Of a DNA stretch of 64,000 nt, positions 36,097 through 48,510 are shown piece after piece. Every line of letters begins with the position of its first letter. Position 1 is the first letter of the stretch. Origin of the DNA: Octopus bimaculoides (lineage: Eukaryota); assembly GCF_001194135.2 (NCBI RefSeq), contig NC_068994.1:40449625-40513624 (forward strand), read 5' to 3'. Under the pieces are notes generated by a model. The model had not been told where the DNA came from. It saw only the letters and a program-made list of their open reading frames with translations, and ran no database searches. A program made the position numbers and the translations under genes.

Positions 36097-36849
36097 CATA
36101 GTGGTATCAAAAAGTTCTTGGACTAATTCTGTAGTGCACTAACAGGCTACAGCACACAGTTGAATGCACAATGAGAGCTAGCAGTGACCTTTATGAGGCA
36201 GTGGGCTCAGCAATATTTGCTGTGTTTACTTTGCAAGTTGTGAAATTTGTGTTTTGGTGATCAAGTATATGTTGTAGTCTGCGATTTTTGTCATGGACAG
36301 GAAGTTGGAACAAACAGCCTACTTGAAATTTTGTGTTAAAGTTGGGAAATCTGCTACAGAGACAATGAGCATGCTTTGGCAATCATAGTGGTGAGGCAAT
36401 GGGTCATAAGCAATGTTTCAAGTGGCACGAGCTCTTCAAAAGTGAAAGCAACTGGATCTGTGGAGCACAAAGAATTGGATTCTTCATGTCGACAATGCAC
36501 CCTGTCACTAAGGTTTCTTCACTCTTGAGTTTCTTGCCAAAAACAACATGGTGTCACTTCTGCACCCACACAATTCACCAGACTTAGCACCTACAAACTT
36601 CCATCTCTTCCCCAAGATGAAAATGCAGCTCAATGGTTGCCACTTTTACACCGTTGTCAAGATCAAGAGTGAATCACAGAAGGTCCTCTACTCGCATATG
36701 GAAAATGACATCCAGGCCAGATTCTAAAAGTAGCAGGAACACTGGGATGGGTGTGTTGCTGTGCAAGGTGACTATTTCCAAGAGGATGGTGTTAAAATTT
36801 AGTTAAATAAAGTTATTTTTTTATTAAACATAACGAGTCCAGGAAATTT

Positions 36850-36855
<6 letters not shown>
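36097..36855 (+). mobile_element. Internally deleted mariner (DD34D) transposon
   Basis: MDRKLEQTAYLKFCVKVGKSATETM..CFKWHELFKSE (HTH) joined to KNWILHVDNAPCH..HPHNSPDLAPTNF (34 residues between D and the decayed third D) ..WDGCVAVQGDYF; TIR-like TCAAAAAGTTCTTGGACT / AGTCCAGGAAATTTTGA. Confidence 0.9.
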
Positions 36856-36896
<41 letters not shown>

Positions 36897-36899
<3 letters not shown>

Positions 36900-37115
36900 C
36901 AGGTCATCCCATAAATTCTGTCCAAATTTTGAATAAAGAAAACAAGTGATCAAATGTTATATTTAATTGAAATTTAATCCTCAATGTACTTTACTTGATT
37001 ATCTGTGACTTCCTTCCATCTATTTACAAACTTTTTAACCCCATCAATGTAAAACTCTTTTGGTTTCAAAGCAAAGAACTCTGAAATGTCAGTTTCGACC
37101 TCCTCCTGCTCAGTA
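36897..37115 (-). mobile_element. Mariner 3' fragment of another subfamily
   Basis: Minus relic EEVETDISEFFALKPKEFYIDGVKKFVNRWKEVTDNQVKYIED*; terminus TATCAGGTCATCCCATAAATTCTGTCC. Confidence 0.75.
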
Positions 37116-37189
37116 TCTATGCATTGAATAAAATTAATCTTTCTATATATATGTATGTATATATGTATATGTATGTATGTATATTGTCA

Positions 37190-37500
37190 TCTTTTACTTG
37201 TTTCAGTCATTGGACTGTGGCCATGCTGGAGTACCATCTTGAAAGGTATCCTAGCATGGCACCATCTTCAGTAAATCAACCCCTATACTTATTTTTTTAA
37301 GTCTGGTATTTATTGTATCAGTCTTGTTTGCTAGCTGCTAACAGGCTTCTTTCAGTTTCCATGTAACAAATCTACACAAGACTTTGTTTAACTTGGGGCT
37401 ACAGTCAAGGACACTAGTCCAGTGTGCTACACCATGAGATTGAATCTGAAACCACATTGTATGGAAGCAATCTTCTTATCACACAGGTCATACCAACACC
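37190..37500 (-). mobile_element. SINE group 1, degenerate
   Basis: TTTTACTTGTTTCAGTCATTGGACTGTGGCCATGCTGGAG tail; head remnant near 37490. Confidence 0.75.
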
Positions 37501-38692
37501 CATTCCAAAACATTTGCAGCAATATTTGTCACTGATCCAATGTGGCCTTTTCCTCATCACATAAATTATTTCTTACAAGATTCTTAATGTTCACTGCATT
37601 AAATATGTTAACACTAACTTGACTATTCTTTCTAAGTCACTTAACTTAACCAAAACCAATCTTGAATATTTTTTCTTTGTGTTCTTTTTTCCATCTGTAG
37701 TTGCTATGGTTTCTAGTGCCATGAATATAATACTATTGACCACAAAATCTGAAATACAATTGTCAAATAGCAAATAATTAATGTATCCATATATCAAGAC
37801 ATAATTAGTAAGTCAGGGTGACTTTAGTGCAGTCTCTGTTGTTTCTAGACATTCTGTGATTAATAAGGATTGGGTGTATTGATGTTTGCTGTCTTTATGT
37901 GACAGTAGACAGACATTGCAAGGCAACTAAATATACTTTTCTTTAATACATTACTTAAAGAAAGCTATAAAAAATAGCACAAAAAACAAACATGTAATAT
38001 AAGATTACTAAAAGAAAGAATTGCGCAATTAAGAGAAGACAGCTCTTGCTGAAATTAAGGAGTGACATTTAAAACACATTTTTGCAGCAAGCAGTCAAGT
38101 TAAAACATTGAATTAAAATAGATGTAGTCAGAGGAGTGTAAGAGTAGTAATAGTGGTCTGTCTTTAGAAAGATTTAATTCTGATAAAAAAACACAAATTA
38201 TAGTCATTAATATTTAGCCCCAGGACAGACCTGATCTGATAGACTTGTGCTCAAAGGCATTCTAACCATCTATATATTTTTTCTGTCATCGAAGGCAACA
38301 TAATACAAAGCATCCTTCTATTTTGAAGATGATAAAGTATAATTTTGGGATATATTTGGATATTTGGCAGTAATCTCGTGTAGGTTCAATCTTCCCACAT
38401 TTGCTCCTAACAAAATGGAGTGTATTGGCAGGATAGAAAGAAGAGAGAACAATCAAATGTCTTGATGATTGTAGTTATGTTTTAGCACCAGGGTAGCCAT
38501 TATAAAGCAGACTTATGACTAAAGACGTTCCAGCCATGACCATCGTGTTTTAATTTTCTGATCAGAGTGTTTCTAACTTTTCATTATCTGTTTTTTCAGG
38601 AAGGTTTTTTTTATGATAGTATAATTTGAGGGAAATTTTACATCTCTTTCTAGTATCAACATGAAGTTCCTTTGTTGATTCATGTAAATATG

Positions 38693-38743
<51 letters not shown>

Positions 38744-39189
38744 NNNNNNNNNNCACACACACACACACGCACATTCACACACAGAGGAGCAGTGTTTACG
38801 ATTTATATGGGTAGAGACGTGAAGATGCATTATTATGCCAATATTGAAGGCTTCTGTAAGGATATTGAACTAGTGATTATGAAACCTACAGATGTAAGTG
38901 GCTGTACATTTAACATTTCAAAAGTTTTCTTACATGGCATAAATGATCTTTAGTTTGCCATTTTGTGTCAGCTGTCACAAGCACCGTGTATATCCTATAT
39001 GCATATACAAGAAGATGTGAATCCTGTATGGTTTACATGCCCACATCTTCTTATTATCAGATGACAACACTGAGAGGACCATCGTTGGCAATAATGCATA
39101 ATAAAGAGAAAAACTGGTTGTAAAATGCATTTTGAGAATTGAGTCTTGTACCCAAAATATTACTGGTATTATATCTAGCACTCTGTAGG

Positions 39190-39345
39190 TTACAGCGTCA
39201 AAGGTTCCAGGTGATCTAATCAAAGGAACAACCTGTTCATGAAATTAATGTGCAAGTGGCTGAACACTCCACAGACATTTGTACCCTTAACACAGTTGAA
39301 AGGGAGATTCAGTGTGACATGGAATGTGACAACCTTTAAAGAAAT
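39190..39345 (-). mobile_element. SINE group 3 body fragment
   Basis: GAAATTAATGTGCAAGTGGCTGAACACTCCACAGACA...GGGAGATTCAGTGTGACA matches 57660-57765. Confidence 0.8.
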
Positions 39346-39924
39346 CTGGAATGGAGCCCTGTAGGCAGTTTAGTGTTCGACTCGACACTCTTCCGGCAGC
39401 TCCTGCAACTAAGCTGGTGCCAAACGTAATGCTCTGCACTCCTTTGGACCATGTCAGTAAGGTTGAGAGAGGAATCCTGACGATTGGGCTACCCAGGATT
39501 TTCTTACATCTAGCCCAGGCCTGCACAAAACTGGAGAGGAAACTGGAGAGGACATGAAATGTAAAAACCAGACTGGATTAGTTAATGCACAACTCCATTG
39601 TCTCCCGAGACAAAAAGGATGCCAACAAACAGTTTAATATTTCTGAATTTTCTGGAAGTCCTTATGGAGAATGTAAAGGCATGATGTCATGAATATGGGC
39701 AATGGTTATCACCTATGAGAACACTTCTTCTGACTGAACTTAACTAGTATCTATTTTGTTGGTCTTGGAAGAATAAAAGGCAAAGTCAGTTTCAGTAGGA
39801 ATTGAACTGAGAATGTCAATATATGCCTCTAAATAACTAAAGGTATTTCTTTCATTGTGGATAATACAGTTTGTGATTCCAAATACATTCCTTTGTTTTA
39901 TATGGTGGTGAATTGGAAATACTG

Positions 39925-40050
39925 TTCATGCATTAGGCAAAATACTTATCAGCATTTTTCTCTAGCTCTTTGTGTTCTGAGTTCAAATCCCACTGAAGTA
40001 AACTTTGCATTTCATCCATTCAGGGTTGATAAAATGAAGTACCTTCTAAA
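39925..40050 (+). mobile_element. SINE group 2 fragment; further degenerate copies at 11775-11900(-), 39740-39830(-), 41165-41385(+), 53000-53070(+), 55140-55260(-)
   Basis: GTTCTGAGTTCAAATCCCACTGAAGTAAACTTTGCATTTCATCCATTCAGGGTTGATAAAAT. Confidence 0.75.
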
Positions 40051-40869
40051 ATTGCTAGCTCTTTGCCAACATTTGAAACAAAATATATTCATTTGTCTAA
40101 CTACCAGTTATGTTCTGAGAAGAATTCCACTAATTCATTCTTGTTCCATCTTGTTAAAAATTATTGGCTGTGGGTCAATGTAATTTAATATGCTTAACAA
40201 CAATAACAAACAATTATCAAAAAGCGCTTATGACCTTATAATTCATTTTTTTGTCACGACTTTAATGTGTAATGCCTTGTTTATTCTTTTGGCATCCAGA
40301 AAAGTCAATAATTAAAAATGCAAGGGAGTGATGCAACACAGAAGTTAGCACCTGGTAAATTCAATCAATAACAATATTTTTGATAAACAACAATTTTGTA
40401 CAAAAATCTAGTGTTGTTATGCAGTCAGTTACATTGGTTACATGTATGGCTACAGTTACATGACAGTTTTGTTTTGCATATTGATTTCTAACACAACCAC
40501 AAAGCCGTATATTTTGTGGAAAGAACATGTTCAAATCAACCTTAGTATTTGACTGGTACTTTATTTTATTGACTTCTAGAAGTATAAAAAGCAAATTTAA
40601 ACTTGGTAACAAATTAAACTTAGAACATAGCAGGCTGGAAGTACCATGAAGTATTTTTTTTTTAATGATAACATAATCAATGGAAAAAGGGTAGAAGTGA
40701 GAAAGTTATCCCCAGACTAAAAAGCTGGTTTCAATGTTTGTACTAGAATGAACATCACTTGTTCGTTCATTCTCAGCTTTCTACACAATCACTGCAAATA
40801 TGTTCAAAAACTCCACATAATAAAGCCATATATTTTCCCTCATGATTAATAAGGAAATCATGTTGAAAA

Positions 40870-41150
40870 TTATATCTAGCCATTATCACATGATAACATG
40901 ACCAACCAGACTATCAGATGTTATTACATATCTCTGGTCACAAAGTGCTTTTTGTATCATTTTAGCTTCCAAATGATATGACCTGGCTGGCTAGGCTAGC
41001 AGGCCGACATCCCCACTCCCCGAACAAAAAGAGGACTGGAGTAACTAAAAATGAAGTGTTTTGCACAAGAATACAACACACCGACTAGTCTGGGAATTGA
41101 ATTTACAACCTAGCCAATGTGAGTGCAACAGCCTAACAACTAGGCCATAT
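40870..41150 (-). mobile_element. SINE group 3 variant (same body as 57975-58250)
   Basis: CTGGTCACAA.GTGCTTT.....TTTTAGC..CCGACATCCC shared with 57975-58250, plus the shared head. Confidence 0.65.
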
Positions 41151-41859
41151 ATCATTATCAGCATGAATTAGCAGAAACATTATTGTGTTGGACAAAATGC
41201 TTTGCAGCATTTTTTACCAATTTTTAGATTTTGTGTTCAAACCATACTGAGGTCAACTTTATTTTTCATCCTTCTTGTATTAATAAAATTAAATTATCAG
41301 TCAAGTATTTGGCTAATTATAATTAACTGTCTCCTATCCTAAAATTTCTGACCCAAATTTAGTGCTTGTATAAGAAATCATCCTACATAAATGATTGCAT
41401 GTAACTGATATGCCAGGGGTAGTGTTTTTCTTACTGCAGGTATAATGAATCTGTTTGTTGCAAGTTCTGGATTTATATGGCTTCAACTGACAGAACCAAT
41501 GTCAGACCCCATGTTTGAGGCTTACAGAAAAGTGTTATGGATGAAGCTTTCACTAGCAGAAAAGTGAATGACAAGAATGATTCCTGTTGGTTGACAACCC
41601 AATGATGTCACCAAAGTTCATAGAAAATTTGGTAGCACTCTCCAACAGACTGTGGTTTCTGTGATATAAATTCTGTTAGTTACAACAAGCTGGCTATGGT
41701 GTGGTGCCACTCTAACTAATTATGCACCAAAGAAACTTTTTCTAATCAATAAAAGTTGGAGCCTAGAGGCCTAGAAATTACACTTGATGTATAATTGAAT
41801 GGTTACTAATAGGTAAGAAAACATGATTAGGAAGTCAAAAAACAAATTGGTATTTTTTA

Positions 41860-42160
41860 TCTTTTTGCTTGTGTCAGTCATTGAACTGTAGCTATGATGG
41901 ACCCTGCCTTGATGGGTTTAATCAAACAAGCCGAACCAAGTGCTTATTTTAAGTCTTGTATCTATTATATTAGCCTCTTTTGCGGAACTTTTAAGTTGTG
42001 GGACTGTAGACAAACCAACACCAGTTATTGAGTGGGGATGGGGGCACACACTAAGACTCCCCCATATGTATATATATATATATATATGCTATGGGTTTCT
42101 ACACAATTTCTTTCTACCACATTCACTCAAAAGGCATTAGTTAGCCCAAGGATATAGTGG
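41860..42160 (-). mobile_element. SINE group 1, degenerate
   Basis: Tail TCAGTCATTGAACTGTAGCTATG, internal (TA)n, head remnant GATATAGTGGAAGA. Confidence 0.65.
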
Positions 42161-42603
42161 AAGATAATAAGAGAAACAACTATCTTTAAGCTAATTAGTC
42201 ATGCAAACATAGGTTTTGTTCCCTTTTCCATAGATTTTCTGGAATTATGTTTAAAAAAGTCTACACAATTCAATATGCCCATTATTCCAGATTGTAAAAT
42301 TCACAGCAGTCTTCTTGTGTTCTTGTAATTGTAATAGCGATTCTCATTAAAAATGTTCATTTTTTGAAAAAATTATAAATTTATATATGTATACATATGC
42401 ATATATAGGCATACATACATATATATATATAAACGTGTGGGGGGGGGGTGCACGTGTGTGTGTTTGTGTGTGCGTGTTTTCTTTTTAATAAATAAAACAG
42501 TAGCCTTTTAGCAGTAAAGAAAACATTCGCTGAATGGGAGAGATGAGAAAGATAGAGAAAGATAAAGAGATACAGAGGCTAAAAGTAATGGAGGACAGAG
42601 AGA

Positions 42604-42640
<37 letters not shown>

Positions 42641-43639
42641 AGATAAAGATAGTGTGAGAAAAGAAGAGAGAAAGAATGAGAGAGAGAGAGAGAGAGAGAG
42701 ATAATGATATACAGAGAATGAATGAGGAAGAGACAGAGAGGATGAGAGAAGGAATTTAGTTTAAAACCTTAACGGTGTGTTAGTTTTAATTATGCTCCGG
42801 TGCTCTGGTAGTTCTGTGGCAAGTGTTTGCAGCATCAAGAAACAAAGCTACTTGTGGACAATTGATGAATATTTATTAGAGAGCGTCTATAAAGCTTAAT
42901 TGATGCAGTGTTTCACTGTTTGGTATTCTTTGTTTAAATGGAGAACGTGAAGAACGTTGTTTCTTTTCATCTCCCTCTATATCTCCCTTTTTCTCTTTCT
43001 CTTCTTTTGTTTTTTGTTTTTTTCTGTTGCCATTATTACTATTTGTACTATCATTATCATTATTACCACCACCACCACCACTACCATCATCATCATCATC
43101 ATTATAATCATTATCATTTTCATCATCATAATAATCATTGTTGTTGTTGTTGAAAAATTTAACTTTGATGTTTGAATATTTATTTATTTTAAATAAAATG
43201 CACGGCCACTTCGGATTTAAATAACCGCATTTTAATTAAGTCTGCTGGGGTTTGGCAGATGCTGGTGGGCTTCGCTTCATTCTGAAAACAAATTCCAAGA
43301 GAATTAAACTTGGGATGTTTAAGTTCCAGTATTTGCAAGACTTTAATATCAAATCATAATAATATTGGTGATTCATTTGTTTAGATTTTTATCAAAATTA
43401 CATTTCAAGCAAAAAAAAGCATGATAAAATTCTGTTGACAGATGTAAAAATTGCCTTCCTCAATCTCACTCACCACATGAGTAAGGCTCAATAACTTGAC
43501 ATAAGAATCATAGTATACATCTACATATATATATATTTATACATAATTAAGGATAAAACTATTTTAATGATTTTATCAAGTGGCCAGTGTGTAATAAAAC
43601 CATGCAGGTAACAATCTATACTAATATATAATAATTATA

Positions 43640-43900
43640 TTAAAGGGTGCAGATAAACATCACCAACATGCTAGAAATAGAAACCAAATGTCTCTAAAAA
43701 CCACATTAACACTCTGTTAGCACAGGTTTTAAGCAAACAGAGTTTTTAAAGCTTGTTGGCGGAGCTTATACACACCAATTAACATAATTATATTTATATA
43801 ATTATGTATTAGTATAACGCTTGGGAATTGAAAAAGTCTTTAATGTTTTGAGCCTACGCTCTTCTGCAGAAAGGAACACATAAAGAAATAAGGAGAGGAA
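43640..43900 (-). mobile_element. Degenerate Penelope-like terminal fragment with decayed hammerhead motif (43838-43873)
   Basis: Minus CUUU-CUGCAGA-A-GAGC-GUAG-GCUC-AAAA-CAUU-AAAG; stems I and II still pair. Confidence 0.5.
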
Positions 43901-44119
43901 AAAAAATATATATATATACATATATATATATGTCTATGTATACATATATTTTTTATGTGCTTGTATATATGTATATGTGATGGAATTCCACATAGTTTCC
44001 ATCTCCCAAATTCACTCACAGGGTTATAGAAGATGACTCTTGCCCAGAGTGCCTTATAAAGGGACTTAATCCAAAACTACATATTTGAAAAGCAAGCTGC
44101 ACCAAAGACTTACACTTGC

Positions 44120-44163
44120 ACAAATATCTGTGTGTGTGTGTGTGTGTGTTTGTATATATATAT

Positions 44164-44205
<42 letters not shown>

Positions 44206-44224
44206 ATATATGTATGTATGTATG

Positions 44225-44255
<31 letters not shown>

Positions 44256-44605
44256 ATATGTATGTATGTATAAATATATAAAGTTGATGACATAAGAATT
44301 TATAAACTTTCAATAGAATGTGAAATAAATCTTTTCTGAAATATTGGCTCTTGGAGCACCTTGCATAAAACTATATATAACAGTATGTAAACATTGGATC
44401 GAAAGTTCTACAAAACTTACAGCTATGAAACTATACAAATGCAGAACTGGTTAAGTGTATCGATTCTAATTTTCATTTGAACTCATTTTCATATATACTC
44501 TCTGTGCACTTTCAACTTCATTTATTTCATCTATACTACTACTTGTGTGAGTTAGTAATGTGTTTTTGTATGCATATATACATACATATATACATACATA
44601 TGTGT

Positions 44606-44649
<44 letters not shown>

Positions 44650-44666
44650 ATATGTATGTATATATG

Positions 44667-44726
<60 letters not shown>

Positions 44727-44772
44727 TATATATATACATGCATATGTATATACATATATATATATATATATA
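44120..44772. repeat. Compound (TG)n/(TATG)n/(TA)n microsatellite blocks; SINE group 1 head fragment at ~43975-44110(-)
   Basis: Direct reading. Confidence 0.9.
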
Positions 44773-45024
44773 CAGTAATACCTCACTTTACAAGGATCCA
44801 CTTTATGAGACTCCAGTGTACGACCTTTTACAAGTTTTATTTTCTGTCTATGAGATTTTGCTTTACATGCGTTCTCTGGGAATGAATTAACTCATTTATC
44901 AAGGCATTGCTGTACATGCATATGTATATATATATATATATACACATACACACATGTGTGCACACACACACACACACATGCACATGTATACATACATGCA
45001 TATATACATATATATATTGATGTG

Positions 45025-45240
45025 AGAGATCATGGCTTAGTGGTTAGGGTGTTGGACTCACGATCATGAACAAAACACTTCATGTCATGTTGCTTTGTGA
45101 TCATTTCAACACCTGACATGTGGTACACAGCACACCAGTTCATACAACGTTGAAATGATGGAGAGAGTAACCTCATGTGCAGCACAAGCATTAGATCACT
45201 ATAAACAAATCATTTGTGCAGGTCTTTGGCAAAAAGCTGA
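45025..45240 (+). mobile_element. SINE group 3 variant with internal deletion
   Basis: CATGGCTTAGTGGTTAGGGTGTTGGACTCACGATCATGA then ACAAAACACTTCATGTCATGTTGCT and a distinct body. Confidence 0.7.
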
Positions 45241-45257
45241 ATGCAGTAATGTACTTA

Positions 45258-45569
45258 CAAGCAGTTAAATATATGTCTGGTCATAAAGTAACCAATGGTT
45301 TTGTATCCATAAAGCCGTTAGCTCTATAGATGACTCATCAGACTCTATTGGCAGAAGGCAATAGAGTCTGATGAGTCTCTTCAAACTGGAGGTAAAAAAA
45401 ATTGTTATGCTTTACAAATTAACTGACCGTAACAGTTTTCTACCTCCAGTTTGAAGAGAGGTTATATGACCTCCACCATTAGAGTCTGATGAGTCATCTA
45501 TAAAGCTAAGAGCTATATGGATGTTAACCCACTGGCCACTCAGTGACCAGACATATATTTAACTGCATG
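45258..45569. mobile_element. Foldback/MITE-like element with 94-bp inverted arms and nested internal hairpins
   Basis: Arms 45258-45351 and 45476-45569 with TA flanks; 19-bp stems 45332-45350/45359-45377 and 45376-45394/45441-45459. Confidence 0.85.
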
Positions 45570-45654
45570 TAAATATACATATATATACATAAAATGAATG
45601 AAAACATTATTAAAGAATCATGCAAAATTCTAACTGGCTCCTTTTTCGCACTCT

Positions 45655-46043
45655 CATGCCGGTGGCATGTAATAAGCACTCACTACTCTCTTGGAGTGGT
45701 TGACATTAGGAAGGGCATCTAGCTGTAGAAACATTGCCAGATCAGATTGATAGAAATGCTAGCACACCGGGGGAAATGCAAAGCAGTATTTTGTCTGTAT
45801 TTACATTCTAAGTTCAAATTCCGTGAAGGTCAACTTTGCCTTTTATCCTTTCGGGGTCAATAAATTAAGAACTAGTTGCGTACTGGTTTCGACCTAATCG
45901 ACTGGCCCCCTCACCCAAAATTTCGGGCCTTGTAACTAGAAGAGAAAAGATTGGAGCCTGGTGCAGCCCAGTGGCTTGCCAGACCTTAGTCAAACCGTCC
46001 AACCCATGGAAAGCGGACGTTAAACGATGATGATGATGATGAT
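45655..46043 (+). mobile_element. RTE LINE 3' UTR with (GAT)n tail, interrupted by a SINE
   Basis: GGTTGACATTAGGAAGGGCATCTAGCTGTAGAAAC..GCCAGATCAGATTG | insert | GAGCCTGGTGCAG...GGACGTTAAACGATGAT. Confidence 0.88.
45750..45947 (+). mobile_element. SINE group 2 nested in the RTE 3' UTR
   Basis: Flanked by AGATTG direct repeat (45744-45749, 45948-45953); B-box AAGTTCAAATTCC. Confidence 0.88.
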
Positions 46044-46085
46044 ATATATATGCATATATACATACATACATATAAATATATATAT

Positions 46086-46194
<109 letters not shown>

Positions 46195-47269
46195 CATCAT
46201 CATCACCATCATTTTAACATCCATGTTTGCATGCTAGCATGAGTCACAAATTTGTTGATGCAGATTTTTGACATGTGGATGCTCCTACTCTTGCCAACTG
46301 TTACCTGCTTCCAAGTCAGATAATATTTCCCTTAGACCTTTGAACATTGAAAGCTTGTTTGCTGCAAATTTTTACCTGGAGGACTGACAATGAATAACAC
46401 TAATTATATAACAATGAAGTTTCACAGACACACTCACATACAAATGCATGCATACATGCACAGATGCACACACATATGTACATGCATTTGCATATATAAA
46501 TGTATATGTATGAATATAATATATATGTGTGAGTGTACGTGTGTATGTGTATGTATATTTATATATATATATAATAAGTGCTAGCACGTATGTGTGTGCA
46601 CTAGAAAGCACACACCAGTAGAACACGAGTAAATATATAATAACCATGAGAAGAACCAACATTTCAGTAACAGCTGACATGACTCAAAACCTATAAATAA
46701 ATAAATTCAATGCAAGAAAAACCATGTTCCTGGAATATCCTCGAAAAATTTGACTCTAAAATTTACACCACACCCAATCAACAAAGTGATTTTTAGCTGA
46801 TAATCTTGTGAAATGACAAAAAAAAAAAGTGGTTAGCATTCTGTTCCAAAGATTAAAAAAAGCCACACCCAAAATTGTTGCAAACTTCTTAATATAAATT
46901 ATTTAGACAATTCACACACATTTGCAACACATCATCATCATCATCCTCATCATATCTACTTTCCATGCTTTCATGGGTCAAAGAAGAGTATGTTGAATTA
47001 GAGTTTTCTATGGCTGTATCACTTTCCAATTAGAGTTGATATCCATTGCTACCAAGTGATTGGTCTTCTCTTTCTAGTAGTGATCTTTATTTCAATAAAT
47101 CATGTACTCATCTTTATTATTGTTTAATATAGCCTTGTCTTTCTTATTGAAATACATGCTATATCCTCTCTATTTTATTTCTCTTAATTTATTTTTGTTT
47201 TATTTAAGCAAATTATCTAGGCCAGAAATATGTTCTACTCATTATTGTATCTCTAACTGTTTCATATGT

Positions 47270-47605
47270 GAAGGCATATGGCTCAGTGGTCAGAGTATTG
47301 TGCTTACAATCGTGGGGTTGGGAATCCAATTCCTGGACTGGGTTGTGACTTGTATTCTTGAGCCAGACAATTTACTTTCGTGCTGCTCCAGTACTATCAG
47401 CTTTTGAAATGAATTGCGACATCACTGGTGCCAAGCTGTATTGGCTTTTGCCTTTCTCTTGGACAACATCAGTGGCATGGAGTGGGGAGGCTGATATGCA
47501 TGGACAACTGCTGGTCTTCCAGAAAACAACCTTGCTCAAATTTCTATCTGGGAGCGTAGCTTTCTAGGTGCAATCCCATTGTAATTCATAATTGAAGGGG
47601 GTATT
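47270..47605 (+). mobile_element. SINE group 3 variant
   Basis: GAAGGCATATGGCTCAGTGGTCAGAG head, TATTCTTGAGCCAGACA..TTACTTTCGTGCTGCTCCAG, distinct 3' body. Confidence 0.7.
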
Positions 47606-48004
47606 TACTCTTACCCAAATTGCTTCATGTACAGAAGATAAGGTTGAAAAATGGCTGCGCTAATGGTGCCTGTTAATTTAGAAACATGTGTCTACAGATA
47701 TTCCCTTTCCTTCAGACAATTAGACTGTTTTTTCCTTTGATGGCATATCACTTTTGTAGAAATTTGTGATTATTTAGACAATCACTTGTTCAGTTTTGGA
47801 CATAGTTCCAATTACCTTTGTGTGATTGGTCTAACTTTCTTGGAAGTGGAGATAAATCAAGATTTTATCTTGTATGTTGATTAATATAACTGTATTCATC
47901 ATTTGTTATTCTAATACAAGCCACTGGCTACTTACTGAGTTATTTCTTGTAACTCATGTTATATATACATGTGTGTGTGTGTGTGTGTATATGTACTCAT
48001 ACAA

Positions 48005-48052
<48 letters not shown>

Positions 48053-48510
48053 ATACACACATACATACACACACGCACATGCACACACACACACATTATT
48101 GATGTGTTAAGTGGTATTTGTTTGATGCTATAATTGCACCTTAGAGTCAATCTAAGCTTTTAACTGACACTGGATGTATAATTACTCTAAATTAAATACA
48201 CCAGACAATTGCAAACAACTGTCTTTTATACATTTTCTTCCTGTATACAAAGAGATTGTATAAAAGTGAAATGTTTACAGTTGTCCAATGTATTTGATTT
48301 AGTGTAATTACACCTGCAGTGTTGACTAAAAACTTAGATTTACTTTAACTACACTTACAAAATAAATGTGTTTTCATTTCTCTGCACATGTGCGAATACA
48401 CACCTACATAGAAACTTATATTTGTATGTGTGTGTATGAGTGTGTCTGTATGTGTGTCTGTATGTGTGTGTATGGGTGTGTGTGTGTGGGTGTCTGTGTG
48501 TGTGTATACA

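Noticed and set aside
45363-45500. Two CTGATGAG motifs as hammerhead cores in the foldback element
   Set aside because: The long stem after the first core is followed by GGTTA rather than CGAAA, and no stem III/NUH site can be built
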